NCBI GenBank assembly: GCA_964291405.2
Contig: OZ219926.1
Location: 3,968,001 to 4,032,000, forward strand
DNA: 64,000 nucleotides
From: Thermodesulfobacteriota bacterium
Lineage (GTDB): Bacteria > Desulfobacterota > Binatia > Bin18
Direction of reading: 5' to 3'
Shown: positions 1 through 10,651 of the stretch, in pieces
Position numbering within the stretch: the first letter of the stretch is position 1
Layout of the letters: each line of letters starts with the position of its first letter
Made by a program: the position numbers and the translations under genes
The notes under the pieces: model-generated
The model's input: the letters and a program-made list of their open reading frames with translations, nothing else
What the model was told of the DNA's origin: nothing
The model's database searches: none

Positions 1-95
1 GCCTGGAGTCCCAGCACTCCGGTGGCGAATTGTTCCCATTCGTCAACATTGCTGACGCCTAAGCCGATGTAGCCGAGTTGTGCCACGCGTGCCAT
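1..95 (-). CDS. Extradiol ring-cleavage dioxygenase (VOC/BphC-HsaC family), 5' part only, runs off the window
   Basis: ATG at 95 with AAGGAGG RBS; MARVAQLGYIGLGVSNVDEWEQFATGVLGLQ matches BphC-type N-termini and the paralog at 62484; absent from ORF track. Confidence 0.85.
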   Translation of the reverse strand, partial: MARVAQLGYIGLGVSNVDEWEQFATGVLGLQ

Positions 96-247
96 AGCAA
101 GCCTCCTTTAATGTCTGTGTTTCCATAGCGCGTTTTGGTCTTATCGAAAATCCCTCCGGCTCGGCACGACGCGCTCTTCGACCATAGACAGCGCAACCGC
201 CGGTATGACACAGTGTCGGGGCCGAACACTCAGAAAGGAGCCGAGTG

Positions 248-688
248 ATGGATAGCAAGCGAATCGTTGGTATCGTTCTCGTCGTGATTGGGGTCGCGGT
301 TGCGGTCCACACTATAGTTGAGCCCCTCTATCACGTCTCAAGCGAAGCCCATCCGTACAGCCCGCTGTGGACCATACTGGACCCGTTAATGGGGCTAGCG
401 ATCGTGCTGGGCCTGATCGTCGGCTATCCACGTATGAAACGTGCCAGCAGCGCCGGTCCGGACGCACCCGTAACCTGGGAACGGCTGGCCGCCACTACGA
501 TGTTCTACGGCTTTCTGGGCGTGGGCATCCTCTTTTTCTGGAGTTGGTTCAACACCATGTCGGTCAGCGCCGACTTCGCCCCAGGAAAGGGCGAGAACGT
601 GAGCGCCTTGGTCTGGATGATCATCGATACGTTGCTGCCGTTGCTTTTGGGTGCAACCGGCGTATCCCTTCTCCGCGACGACACATAA
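248..688 (+). CDS. Hypothetical membrane protein (about 4 TM)
   Basis: GAAAGGAG RBS; four hydrophobic segments. Confidence 0.7.
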   Translation: MDSKRIVGIVLVVIGVAVAVHTIVEPLYHVSSEAHPYSPLWTILDPLMGLAIVLGLIVGYPRMKRASSAGPDAPVTWERLAATTMFYGFLGVGILFFWSWFNTMSVSADFAPGKGENVSALVWMIIDTLLPLLLGATGVSLLRDDT

Positions 689-738
689 ACGGAGCGACAT
701 GACTAAACACCGAACACCTTTTCCTCGTGGACCTCTCT

Positions 739-1389
739 ATGCGATTTGAAGCGGTGATCTTTGACTGTGATGGGGTGCTGGTTAATAGCGAGACACTCGA
801 AAACCAGGTGTTTGTTGAGTGTGTGGCCGACCTGGGCCTGGAACTGACGGTAGCGGAGGCGGTGGCGATGTATAAAGGGCGCAAGCTGGCCGAGTGTATC
901 GCCTCTGTTGAAGAGCGGCTGGGTCGCTGTGTGCCGGACTCTTTTGTTCCCACCTTCCGGGTGCGTAGCGCCAAAGTCTTTGAGGACCATTTGCAGCCGA
1001 TCCCTGGAGTGGAAGCCGTCATTCAGACCCTACAGGCGATGTCTGTCCCGTTTTGTGTGGCGTCCAGCGGGCCGCGTGAAAAAATAGAAGCCAACCTCGG
1101 GATTACCGGTCTGCTGGCGTATTTTCAGGAGTCGATTGTGAGTGCGTATGAAGTCGGGAGTTGGAAGCCTGACCCTGGCCTGTTTCTCCATGCGGCCCGG
1201 ACGCTTGGTGTTGCTCCTGAAACCTGTGCAGTGATTGAAGACAGCCTCCCTGGAGTGCAGGCTGGTGTGGCGGCTGGCATGACCGTATTCGGCTATGCCC
1301 GGGACACAGAGGCGGAAACCCTGGCTGCCGCCGGGGCTTGGGTCTTTCAGGACATGAACCAACTCCCCGCTTTGCTCCAAGAAAACTGA
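739..1389 (+). CDS. HAD-IA family phosphatase (YieH-like)
   Basis: IFDCDGVLVNSE motif I, KPDP, VIEDS. Confidence 0.9.
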   Translation: MRFEAVIFDCDGVLVNSETLENQVFVECVADLGLELTVAEAVAMYKGRKLAECIASVEERLGRCVPDSFVPTFRVRSAKVFEDHLQPIPGVEAVIQTLQAMSVPFCVASSGPREKIEANLGITGLLAYFQESIVSAYEVGSWKPDPGLFLHAARTLGVAPETCAVIEDSLPGVQAGVAAGMTVFGYARDTEAETLAAAGAWVFQDMNQLPALLQEN

Positions 1390-1465
1390 TCTTCCTTCCG
1401 TTCCCGAACCGCTCTATGCTGAGAAGAACAACCGACTGTTGGGAGTTGTCGAAAAAGTGACATCC

Positions 1466-2637
1466 ATGAACGCCGAACGGCAGAAACTGGTTCAGGCCCG
1501 AGAGCGAATCGAACGGTTGCCGAAATCGAAGATTCGGGCGATTGCCAACGCCAGCCTGGGTCTCGAAGGCTTGATCCCGCTCTGGTTTGGGGAGTCCGAC
1601 CTGCCCACGCCGGAGTTTATCAAACAGGCCGGCGCCGACGCCTTGATGCAGGGCTGTACGTTTTATACCCATAACCGGGGGATTCCCGAGCTGCGCACTA
1701 CGCTGGCTGAATACGCCTCCGGTTTGCACGCCCGCCCGGTGAACGAAGACCGTATTACTGTGACCGCCTCCGGCTGCGTGGCGATTAATCTCATCCAACA
1801 GGTCCTGACCGATCCCGGCTCCAATACGGTCATAGTTGGCCCCCTGTGGCCCAACCTGATTGAGACCATCCATATTATGGGTGGGGAGACCCGGATTGTG
1901 CCGCTGACGTTTGGTGAGCAGGCCTGGACGCTCGATCTGGACCGACTCTTTGACCGGGTTGATGACAAGACCACCACGATCCTTATCAACTCCCCTGGGA
2001 ACCCCACCGGCTGGGTTATGGAGAGAGACGGCCAGCAGGCCGTGCTCGATTTTTGCCGGCAGCGTGGCCTGTGGTTCATTTCCGATGAGGTCTACAACCG
2101 TCTGGTGTATGATCGGCCTGTTGCCCCATCTTTGCTGGACCTGGCGGAGCCGGATGACAAGGTTCTGGTGATCAATAGTTTCTCCAAGACTTGGGCTATG
2201 TCGGGCTGGCGACTGGGCTGGGTGACGTCTCCCCCAGGCTGGGCGAGGTGTTTGAAAAGGTCATCGAGTTTCACTACTCGTGTCCGGCTCATTTTACCCA
2301 GCAGGCCGGAGTCACCGCGGTGATGGAAGGCGAGCAATTCGTGCGTGATATGGTGCAGCGCTACCGAGCCGCCCGCGACCTGAGCGTGGAACGGTTGCGG
2401 GCCATGCCGCGCGTTCGGGTCCACTCTCCGCTCGGTTCTTTTTATCTATTCTTTGCCGTGGATGGGATGACCGATAGCGTGGCCGAGTGTCGCCGTTTTG
2501 TTTCCGAGGCCCGCGTTGGGCTTGCGCCGGGCGCGGCGTTTGGTGAGGCTGGCGAAGGCTTTATCCGCCTGTGTTTTGCCAATACTCTGGAAACGCTGGA
2601 CGAAGCCTTTGAGCGGCTTGCCAGGGTGCTGGCCTAA
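1466..2637 (+). pseudogene. PLP-dependent class I/II aminotransferase, frameshifted at the C5 run 2231-2235 (probable sequencing indel)
   Basis: NSPGNPTG, SDEVY, SFSKTWAMSGWRLG in ORF 1439..2323; C-terminal half (PGAAFG...IRLCFA) in ORF 2191..2637; adding one C restores SPPRLGEVFEK. Confidence 0.85.
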
Positions 2638-2716
2638 GCACTGCCGGGAGCGCCCCTCTTTACTTCCCGTCTGTACGCCGCATAGAGTAACCGCATCTCA
2701 TTGCGGGGAGGATCGT

Positions 2717-3328
2717 ATGAAAATCCATGACGCAACAACCGCGCCCAATCCGCGCCGGGTACGAATATTCATTGCGGAAAAAGGTATCGAGGTACCATAC
2801 GAACAGGTTGATATCGTTAACGCGGTCAATCGTGGCGAGGAATTCCGGACGCAGAAGAACCCCATGGGCACCCTGCCCGTGCTCGAACTTGACGACGGCA
2901 CCTGCATTGCCGAAAGCGGCGCGATCTGCCGCTATTTTGAAGAACTCTATCCCGACCCGCCGCTCATGGGCGTAGACGCGCAGGACAAGGCGATTGTCGA
3001 GATGTGGAATCGGCGCATGGAGCTTGAACTCTTTCAGCCGACGACCCTGGCCTTTCAACAACAGCACGCCTTCTTCAAAGGCCGAGTGACCCAGGTGCCG
3101 GAGTATGCTGCGGTATCAAAAGAAAAGGCGGAAAAGAGTCTGGCCTGGCTGAATGAGGTGTTAGCCGACCGCCAATACGTAGCGGGCGAGCGCTACACCG
3201 TCGCCGATATTGTCGCGCAGTGTGCGGTGGATTTTGGCCGAGTGGTAAAAATCGCGATCCAGCCGGATCAAAAAAACCTGGCCCGCTGGCACGAGGAAGT
3301 CTCCGCTCGGCCGAGTGCAAAGGCGTAA
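2717..3328 (+). CDS. Glutathione S-transferase family protein
   Basis: GGAGG RBS; APNPRRVRIF, NPMGTLPVL, ESGAICRYF, YTVADI. Confidence 0.92.
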   Translation: MKIHDATTAPNPRRVRIFIAEKGIEVPYEQVDIVNAVNRGEEFRTQKNPMGTLPVLELDDGTCIAESGAICRYFEELYPDPPLMGVDAQDKAIVEMWNRRMELELFQPTTLAFQQQHAFFKGRVTQVPEYAAVSKEKAEKSLAWLNEVLADRQYVAGERYTVADIVAQCAVDFGRVVKIAIQPDQKNLARWHEEVSARPSAKA

Positions 3329-3417
3329 ACCCCAGAAAATCCCCTCCCTTGGAGGGAATTATATACCAGTGTACCCAAGAGAGGGCATAAGACATCACAC
3401 GACAGAAGAAGGTCAGC

Positions 3418-4236
3418 GTGCAAAGCCAAGAGGTGAAACAGCAAGTCAAGGAAGTATACGGAAAAGCGGCGCTCCAAGCCGCCCAGGGTGGCCGGGCTTC
3501 CTGCGGGGAGGCAACCGCGAGCGCTGATGATCCTATTACCTCACACCTCTACGACGAGGACCAGCTCACAGGGATTCCTCTGGAGGCGATTGCCGCCTCG
3601 CTCGGCTGTGGTAACCCAACAGCCTTGGCTCAGCTCAATCCAGGCGAGACCGTGCTCGATCTCGGCTCGGGTGGCGGGATCGATGTGCTCCTGTCGGCCA
3701 GACGAGTCGGTCCCACGGGAAAAGTCTACGGCCTCGATATGACCGACGAAATGCTCGATCTAGCGCGTGAAAACCAACGCAAGGCTGGGATCGAAAATGT
3801 CGAGTTTCTGAAAGGCGAGATGGAGGACATTCCCCTTCCTGACAACTCGGCTGATGTCATTATCTCAAACTGCGTGATTAACCTATCGGCAGACAAAGAT
3901 CGCGTCCTGTCTGAAGCGCTGCGCGTGCTGCGACCAGACGGACGATTTGCAGTTTCTGACATTGTCGCGCGTGGAGCGATCCCTGGGCAGATTCAACGCC
4001 ACGTTGAACTGTGGATCGGGTGTATCGCCGGAGTGTTAGAAGAGCAAGAATACCGGACCAAACTCGCTCAGGCCGGCTTTGTTGATATCGATCTTGAACC
4101 CACTCGGATTTACCGTGTAGAGGATGCTCGTGCCTATCTTTCCGACAAAGGGATTGATGTTGAGGCCGTTGCGTCTGAGGTTGACGGCAAGTTCGGCAGC
4201 GCCTTCGTCCGCGCGCGTAAACCATCTGAGGGCTGA
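3418..4236 (+). CDS. arsM: Arsenite S-adenosylmethyltransferase
   Basis: [34 protein letters not shown]. Confidence 0.88.
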   Translation: MQSQEVKQQVKEVYGKAALQAAQGGRASCGEATASADDPITSHLYDEDQLTGIPLEAIAASLGCGNPTALAQLNPGETVLDLGSGGGIDVLLSARRVGPTGKVYGLDMTDEMLDLARENQRKAGIENVEFLKGEMEDIPLPDNSADVIISNCVINLSADKDRVLSEALRVLRPDGRFAVSDIVARGAIPGQIQRHVELWIGCIAGVLEEQEYRTKLAQAGFVDIDLEPTRIYRVEDARAYLSDKGIDVEAVASEVDGKFGSAFVRARKPSEG

Positions 4237-4283
4237 GCATAGATCCACCTCTTGCCCCCAGATCTTGTTCGGGGCAGGGGAGG

Positions 4284-5504
4284 TTAGCTGGCCGTACGGA
4301 TATAGGGGCCGGTCTCTTTCAATAACAGAAACAGTACGGCCGACAGCATGTAGCAGCCGCCCCAGAAATAGAAACCGGCCACTGGCGTGAGGCCGACCAG
4401 CCACATGCCTACGACCGGGGCGAGTACGCCACCCAGATAGCCGGCGGTGATGGCAATGCCCACCGCAGAGCCGGCCAGCCGGCGACCGACGCCTTCCATT
4501 TCCAGCGGCACTACGAACGCCAGTGGGGCCGCCCCGCCGAAGAAGCCCCACATCAGGGCTACGATCCACAGCGGCACCCCCAGCGCATAGCCGGACAGCA
4601 CCATGCACGCCCCGGCGATGAGCATACCCGGCACGTAGAAACGTTTACGCAGTCCGACCCGGTCCGATATGGATGGCACGATCAACGCGCCGACCACATA
4701 GGCCCACATAATGACCGAGACGACGGCCCCGGCCGTGGCCGAGGTCATGCCCTGTATGTCAACGAAATAGGTTGGTGCATAGCCGATGATGCCGATGTAA
4801 CCGCCCAGAAACAGCATGTGACAGGCCGCCAGAGTCCAGGCGTCCCGAATGCTGAGGACCTGGCGGATCGCGGCCACGGTGTCCAGGTGTCCGGCCTCGG
4901 CCTCGTCCGGCCCGTGTGGCCGGTCCCGGACGGTCATGAACCACAGCACCCCAATGGCAGCTGTGACCACACCCAGAATGATGGTCAGGCTGCGCCAGCC
5001 GCCGACCGGCTCCAGGACCAGCGGCGTCAGGGCCAGGGCCAGGGCCGCGCCTGCACCGTAGCCGGCTTGGGTGACGCCATTGGCCATACCGAATTCTTCC
5101 GGCGCAAACCACATGCCCAGCGCTTTGGGCACGTTCGGAAACGTCAGGGCAAGGGCGACCCCGAACAGAAACATCCAGACATACATCGAACCGAAACCGG
5201 AGGCCGTGGCCCGCATGACCAGGGTGACTCCCATCAGCAGCACCCCCAGGCCGACGATTTTTTGGACCCCGTAGCGGTCGCCCAGGATCCCGCCAATCAT
5301 GGCCGAGACCAGCGTGCCGAACGAGATGGCCGCCCACAGTACGCCCCAGTCCGACATCCCCAGATGCAGGTCGGCCAGCACCTGGGCGACGACCATGACG
5401 AGATACGTCCAGCCAATCCCAAAGGCAAAGGTAAAGACCAGAACGCTATTAGCAAGAACGAGCCAACGATAACTGCTGGGAGCCTGTGTGTCTGTCATAG
5501 GCAT
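4284..5504 (-). CDS. MFS transporter
   Basis: About 12 TM; GILGDRYG and SISDRVGLRK loop motifs. Confidence 0.9.
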   Translation of the reverse strand: MPMTDTQAPSSYRWLVLANSVLVFTFAFGIGWTYLVMVVAQVLADLHLGMSDWGVLWAAISFGTLVSAMIGGILGDRYGVQKIVGLGVLLMGVTLVMRATASGFGSMYVWMFLFGVALALTFPNVPKALGMWFAPEEFGMANGVTQAGYGAGAALALALTPLVLEPVGGWRSLTIILGVVTAAIGVLWFMTVRDRPHGPDEAEAGHLDTVAAIRQVLSIRDAWTLAACHMLFLGGYIGIIGYAPTYFVDIQGMTSATAGAVVSVIMWAYVVGALIVPSISDRVGLRKRFYVPGMLIAGACMVLSGYALGVPLWIVALMWGFFGGAAPLAFVVPLEMEGVGRRLAGSAVGIAITAGYLGGVLAPVVGMWLVGLTPVAGFYFWGGCYMLSAVLFLLLKETGPYIRTAS

Positions 5505-5687
5505 GACCCTGCCACAGGGAGTCAGTCACGTCTATGGTCCGGCAGTGAATCTGCTCAGCGCTCTGTGAGGCGAAGCATCCGGGTTGTCCTTCACCTATCG
5601 GGCGCAGCAGTATAAGAGGGACTGTTCGACGCAGGGATGCGATACGCCTCCCCGGTCTCGGCTTTGGAATGCGGAGAGGATGGTCTT

Positions 5688-6788
5688 ATGGTACAGGATG
5701 AAAACAACGAACGTGATGGCCTGCAACTCGGTATTTTCATGCCCAATTGCAGCGCCACCTACCATATCAGCAGCTATAAGCCCGAGCCTGATGACTGGAC
5801 GTTCGAGTCAAATAAGCAGATTGCGCTTGCCGCTGAAAAGGCCGGCTTCAACTTCCTGTTCCCGGTCAGTCGCTGGCGCGGGTTCGGCGGCTCGACCAAT
5901 TATATGGGCTACTCGCAAGAGACCATGACCTGGGCGGCTGCGCTCCTGGCCGTTACCCAAACCATCAGAGTCTACTCGACCGTTCACGTGCCGGTCTTCC
6001 ACCCGCTGGTCGCCGCCAAAATGGGGGCGACCCTGGACCATATCAGTCAGGGACGCTGGGGGATCAATATCGTCAGCGGCTGGAACGCGCACGACTTTAA
6101 TATGATGGGCGTTGAACTCCTGCCTCATCAAGAGCGCTATGCCCGCACGGCTGATTTTATCTCCATCCTCAAAGGGCTGTGGACGGCCGAGCCCGGCACG
6201 TTCAACTACGATTCGCCCTGGTATCGTATCACCGACGGGTATGTCATGCCGCAGCCGGTGCAAAGGCCTCACCCACCCATTGTGAATGCTGGCTCTTCGG
6301 CTGATGCCCGTGATGTGGTCGCGCGTTTATGCGACTGGATCTTTCTGAGTCCGCCAAATATTGAGGCGACGCGCGAGATGACGACCGATATCCGGGAGCG
6401 GGCCAAAGCGTATCGGCGCACGGTCCTGAGTGCGGGCTGTCCGTTTGTGCTGTGGCGCGATACGGAAAAAGAAGCGGAACAAGAAAAACAGCGTATTATC
6501 GACGCCGCAGACGATGTGGCCCTGGCAAACTGGGCGCGTGGTCTGGGTATGGAAAGCGGCTCGTTCGACAGTTTTACCAAAGAGATGTTTGTCATCGGTG
6601 GTGGCGCGCTGCCCATTGTGGGCACGGCCGAACAGGTGGCCGAAAAACTCGCCCGTCTGTATACGTTGGGCCTGGATGGTGTGCTGCTGATCTTCCTCTC
6701 CTTTTACGACGACACCGTCCGTTTTGGGAAAGAGATCATGCCCCTGCTCCAGCAGATGGGTGTGGTGAAGTCAGTGGACGCGCATTGA
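5688..6788 (+). CDS. LLM-class flavin-dependent monooxygenase (RutA/SfnG-like)
   Basis: LGIFMPN, RWRGFGG, ATLDHISQGRWGINIVSGW, NAGSS; start at ATG 5688 chosen by similarity to the paralog. Confidence 0.88.
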   Translation: MVQDENNERDGLQLGIFMPNCSATYHISSYKPEPDDWTFESNKQIALAAEKAGFNFLFPVSRWRGFGGSTNYMGYSQETMTWAAALLAVTQTIRVYSTVHVPVFHPLVAAKMGATLDHISQGRWGINIVSGWNAHDFNMMGVELLPHQERYARTADFISILKGLWTAEPGTFNYDSPWYRITDGYVMPQPVQRPHPPIVNAGSSADARDVVARLCDWIFLSPPNIEATREMTTDIRERAKAYRRTVLSAGCPFVLWRDTEKEAEQEKQRIIDAADDVALANWARGLGMESGSFDSFTKEMFVIGGGALPIVGTAEQVAEKLARLYTLGLDGVLLIFLSFYDDTVRFGKEIMPLLQQMGVVKSVDAH

Positions 6789-6812
6789 ATCCCTAGCGTT
6801 GCTTGCTCCCTC

Positions 6813-7376
6813 ATGGACGCCAAAGACGAACACCACATCGACTTTTTATACCGGGCGCTGAACGACGCCCAGGAAACCATTCGGTCCACTGACGCGAAGG
6901 CCGAGATTGTCATCGTTCTCGTTGGTGGAGTCCTGGCCTTTATCGGGGCGATCCACAGCCGGATTGACACGCTGCCTTTACAGGTCCTGACGACCATCGG
7001 ATTGGTCCATGTGCTGATTGCCGCCGTGTGCGCGATCTGGGCGCTTAACCCACGGGTCAATCCCGAAGAGTTTATCGATGTGGATGGTGTGAAACCGCCG
7101 CCACTCTATTACCTCCACATTAAACCGGCAGCGGCCGGGTGGCGCATGTTTCTTCCCTGGCGCGCGGGGAATTATATGGAGCTGTCGGCCGCGGAATATC
7201 TGCGCCACCTCGAAGCGCTTGACGTGGACGGCCTCCGGCGGGTGTTGGTCTATGAACTCCTCAAGGTCTCGTTTATCCGTGAGGAAAAGCGGGTGCAGGT
7301 TGCCTGGGCCGTCCGTTTTATCCGAATAGCCGGTGGATTCTTCGCTCTCCTGGTAGTGAGCCTGTATCTGATATAA
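6813..7376 (+). CDS. Pycsar effector-like (DUF5706) membrane protein
   Basis: QETIRSTDAKA followed by 2 TM, ALNPR, YYL, and SFIREEKR before a final TM. Confidence 0.7.
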   Translation: MDAKDEHHIDFLYRALNDAQETIRSTDAKAEIVIVLVGGVLAFIGAIHSRIDTLPLQVLTTIGLVHVLIAAVCAIWALNPRVNPEEFIDVDGVKPPPLYYLHIKPAAAGWRMFLPWRAGNYMELSAAEYLRHLEALDVDGLRRVLVYELLKVSFIREEKRVQVAWAVRFIRIAGGFFALLVVSLYLI

Positions 7377-7415
7377 CCATTCGGGCTATATGGGGAGGGA
7401 GCGTACCCCTTCGTT

Positions 7416-8177
7416 CTACTGCGCCGTATATCCGCCATCCGCGGCCATGCTATGACCGGTCACAAATGACGCGGCGTCTGAACACAGCCATACCACGGTC
7501 TGTGCAATTTCTTCCGGCTTCCCAAGTCGGCCAACCGGCTCCAAGGCCAGGAGTCCTTCGGTCAGTTCAGGCTGGGCTTTAATGACACCCTCAACCATCG
7601 GGGTTTGAATCACGCCCGGACAGACGGCATTCACCCGAATACCGGACTTGGCGTATTCCAGGGCGGCTGTCTTGGTCAGCCCGACCACGCCGTGCTTGGC
7701 GGCAACATACGCCGCCTGTCCGATGATGCCGACCAAACCGAGGGCTGAAGCGGTATTCACAATGGCGCCGCTGCCCTGTTTGAGCATCTGCGGCAGCTCG
7801 TGCTTCATGCACAGCCATACGCCCCGTAGATTGATGCTCATGACCCGATTCCAGTGCTCTTCCGAACAGTCTGCGGTCAAGGACAAATCGCCGGCAATAC
7901 CGGCATTATTAAACGCGCAGTCGAGTTGGCCGTAGGTCTCGACCGTTTTGCCGATGAGGTGTTCAATCTCGCTCGCCTGGGCTACATCGGTTTGAATAAA
8001 GAATGCCTCCCCACCGGTATTTTGAATCAGGCTGGCGGTTTCCTCGCCGCCCTCAACACCCACGTCCGCCACAACAACCCTGGCTCCACGTTGTGCAAAC
8101 GCGAGCGCGGTGGCCCGCCCAATGCCTGAACTCCCACCGGTCACGAGCGCGACCTTGCTCTTGAATGTTTCTTCCAT
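7416..8177 (-). CDS. SDR family oxidoreductase
   Basis: TGGSSGIG, NNAG, YVAAKHG. Confidence 0.93.
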   Translation of the reverse strand: MEETFKSKVALVTGGSSGIGRATALAFAQRGARVVVADVGVEGGEETASLIQNTGGEAFFIQTDVAQASEIEHLIGKTVETYGQLDCAFNNAGIAGDLSLTADCSEEHWNRVMSINLRGVWLCMKHELPQMLKQGSGAIVNTASALGLVGIIGQAAYVAAKHGVVGLTKTAALEYAKSGIRVNAVCPGVIQTPMVEGVIKAQPELTEGLLALEPVGRLGKPEEIAQTVVWLCSDAASFVTGHSMAADGGYTAQ

Positions 8178-8317
8178 ACGTCCTCCTTGCGTTCAGGGTA
8201 GCACCGGGCCGAAGTTCTCGACAGCGCCCCCGGCGTTACCGGGGCCGGCCTGCGGTCTCCTCTGGTCCGATCGTTTGGGGTTTGGTATGGTCCACATTTC
8301 GGATGAGGAGGGGCTGT

Positions 8318-9391
8318 ATGCATACGCCCAAATTAAAGGGCCGGGTTGTGATTGGTCTGTGTCTGGCCGGAATGATGACATTTAGCTGCACACCCAGCGA
8401 ACAGCCGGAAGTGGCCTCGCAGCCGACTGAACCAAAAGAGCCTGAGGCCGTTCAGATGGCCACTGACCTGGCCCCGCTTGCACCCACGGACGAGTACGAT
8501 GTGATAGACCCGGACATGAGTTGTGAGGACGCCAACCGCTTCTCGGTTCGGGCGGTTGAGCGTTTGGGCTATGAGGTGACTGACTTCACGCCGGCTACGG
8601 ACGACGCAGAGGGCAAGATCGAGGCGAAACAGATGGGTCGCTGGGGCGGAGAGGAGAACGTGTCCGTCACTATTACCTGTGGTTCGAACGGTGCCCGTAT
8701 CGCCACTCGCTCAGATGTCACTCCGTGCGATCAGGCCAATATGGTGATGCGCCAAGCCGTGAAGAGCAGCGGGTTTACCGTCACCACCTATACCCCAGCC
8801 ACCCTGCTGAAGGCCGGTCTGATTACCGGCGAAAAGGAGGGGGCGGAGCCGACCTCCATCACCATTACCTGTTATATCGAACGGAACCGAGTGGAGATGG
8901 ATACCAGCGAGGACAGTCCGGTCCTGAGCAATGTTGATTTCTATCAGGCCCTGAGCGATTTTCAGCTCGGGTTTTTTACTGCCTTTAACAAGTTGGAAGA
9001 GCGGGTGGCGAGAAACCCGGCGGATCAAGATCGTTTGTCTGTGGCGCTACGTCCGCTCAATATGGTCGATAACCAGGTGGTCTTTGGGACCAAGGAGTTG
9101 GCCGTACTGCCGATCAAGGTCAATATCTCAAATCCGACTCAGCAGACCTATCTGCTCGAAACCCAGCGGATCATGCTCATGGACGCTTCCGGGAAACGGG
9201 TGAAACCCATCAGCGAGGGCGAGACGTCTTTCCCCGCGCCGTCGCTGACAGACCGTTCCATTGGACCGGGGGCGAATATCCAGGGCTATTTATACTATCC
9301 GTTGGGAACATATACGGGCGCGCGCGGGTCGCTGGCCGACCAGCGCAATCAGGAGCGAGAGGGATTCAGCGTCGAGTTCAAACCGTGGTAA
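8318..9391 (+). CDS. Putative lipoprotein with a tandem-duplicated Cys-flanked domain
   Basis: GAGGAGG RBS; signal peptide ending TFSC; internal repeat 8522-8872. Confidence 0.7.
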   Translation: MHTPKLKGRVVIGLCLAGMMTFSCTPSEQPEVASQPTEPKEPEAVQMATDLAPLAPTDEYDVIDPDMSCEDANRFSVRAVERLGYEVTDFTPATDDAEGKIEAKQMGRWGGEENVSVTITCGSNGARIATRSDVTPCDQANMVMRQAVKSSGFTVTTYTPATLLKAGLITGEKEGAEPTSITITCYIERNRVEMDTSEDSPVLSNVDFYQALSDFQLGFFTAFNKLEERVARNPADQDRLSVALRPLNMVDNQVVFGTKELAVLPIKVNISNPTQQTYLLETQRIMLMDASGKRVKPISEGETSFPAPSLTDRSIGPGANIQGYLYYPLGTYTGARGSLADQRNQEREGFSVEFKPW

Positions 9392-9443
9392 AGAGTGAAC
9401 GTGTCCTCCAATAAACATGCACATGCTGGACACGTTTACTCTT
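9391..9443. repeat. 53-bp element with 16-bp terminal inverted repeats, copy 1
   Basis: AAGAGTGAACGTGTCC-N21-GGACACGTTTACTCTT; inverted copy at 11858-11910. Confidence 0.85.
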
Positions 9444-9483
9444 TTGAGCAAAAGCAACTCAAAAACAGAACGGAGGACGCCGC

Positions 9484-10573
9484 ATGGCAGACAAATCGTA
9501 TAAGGCTCAGATTGATCGTGAAAAGGTCCAGCAGATGGCCGAACACACCATGGGCTTTCTTGGGGGAGCTGTAATTTCCGGGATGATCTATCTGGGGGAT
9601 AAGATGGGTCTCTACCGGACCCTGGACGGCGCCGGTCCAATGACGAGCGACGACCTGGCACAGAAAACCGGTCTGCACGAGCGCTGGTTGCGAGAATGGC
9701 TCGAAGGCCAGGCGGCCGCCGGCTTGCTTGAGTATAAGGGCAATCGCCAGTTTGAGTTATCCGCCGAAGCAGCCATGGTCTTATCGAACGAAAACAGCCC
9801 GGCATTCATGGCCGGTGGGTTTTGTTCGCTGCCGCAACAGATGGGGGTGATAGAGCGACTCCCGGAGTCGTTCAAGACCGGCCTGGGCTTACCCTATGAT
9901 GCGTTCGGACCCGAGGGTGCGCGGGGGGTCGAGCGTTTTCTGGCTCCGTGGTTCCAGGCTCACCTCGTCCCCAAAGCGATCCCTGCCCTGGACGGAGTGG
10001 TGCCCAAACTTGAAGCCGGGGCAAGAGTGGCCGATGTCGGCTGTGGGGGCGGGGTGGCGCTGATCAAGATCGCCGAAGCCTTTCCGCAGGCCGAGTGTCA
10101 CGGCTACGACATTTCGGAATACGCCTTGGCCCGGGCCGAGGAGAATAAGGCCAAAGCCGGTGTGCAGAACGTGGCCTTTCACGATGCGAACGGTGACGCG
10201 ATCCCCGACGATAAGAGCTTTGATTTTATTACCACCTTTGATTGCCTGCACGATATGGCCAATCCCACGCCCGTCATCCAGGCGATCTATAATGCGCTCA
10301 AACCGGACGGCACCTGGTTGATCGCGGACATTCACAGTATGCCGACGTTTGAAGAAAATCTGGAGCAGAACCCGCTCGCGCCGCTGATGTACGGGTTTTC
10401 GGTCATGTGCTGCATGTCTTCAGCCATGTCCACGCCGGACGGCGAGGGCTTGGGCACCTTGGGATTTACCGAACCGGTCGCGCGCAAGATGGTCGGGTAG
10501 CGCCGGCTTCAGCCGCTTCCAACGCCACGATTTCGATAATCCGATCAACGCCTATTACGAGGTCCGGCCGTAG
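9484..10573 (+). pseudogene. Class I SAM methyltransferase with N-terminal wHTH (Rv2258c-like), frameshift at GGG 10495-10497 (probable sequencing indel)
   Basis: GLHERWLREWL, VADVGCGGG, FDCLHD; removing one G gives the conserved tail SAGFSRFQRHDFDNPINAYYEVRP*. Confidence 0.85.
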
Positions 10574-10595
10574 AGGAGGGCGAAAGTCAGAAGAG

Positions 10596-10650
10596 CCCTG
10601 ACCCTCTCCCGGAGGGAGAGGGGACCGAATCCCCTCCGAGGAGGGGATTT
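10596..10650. repeat. Two REP-like hairpins between convergent genes (possible terminator)
   Basis: CCCTCTCCC-GGA-GGGAGAGGG and AATCCCCTC-CGAG-GAGGGGATT. Confidence 0.65.
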
Positions 10651-10651
10651 T

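Noticed and set aside
10498-10500. TAG as pyrrolysine or readthrough in the methyltransferase
   Set aside because: The conserved tail is in a different frame, so it is an indel
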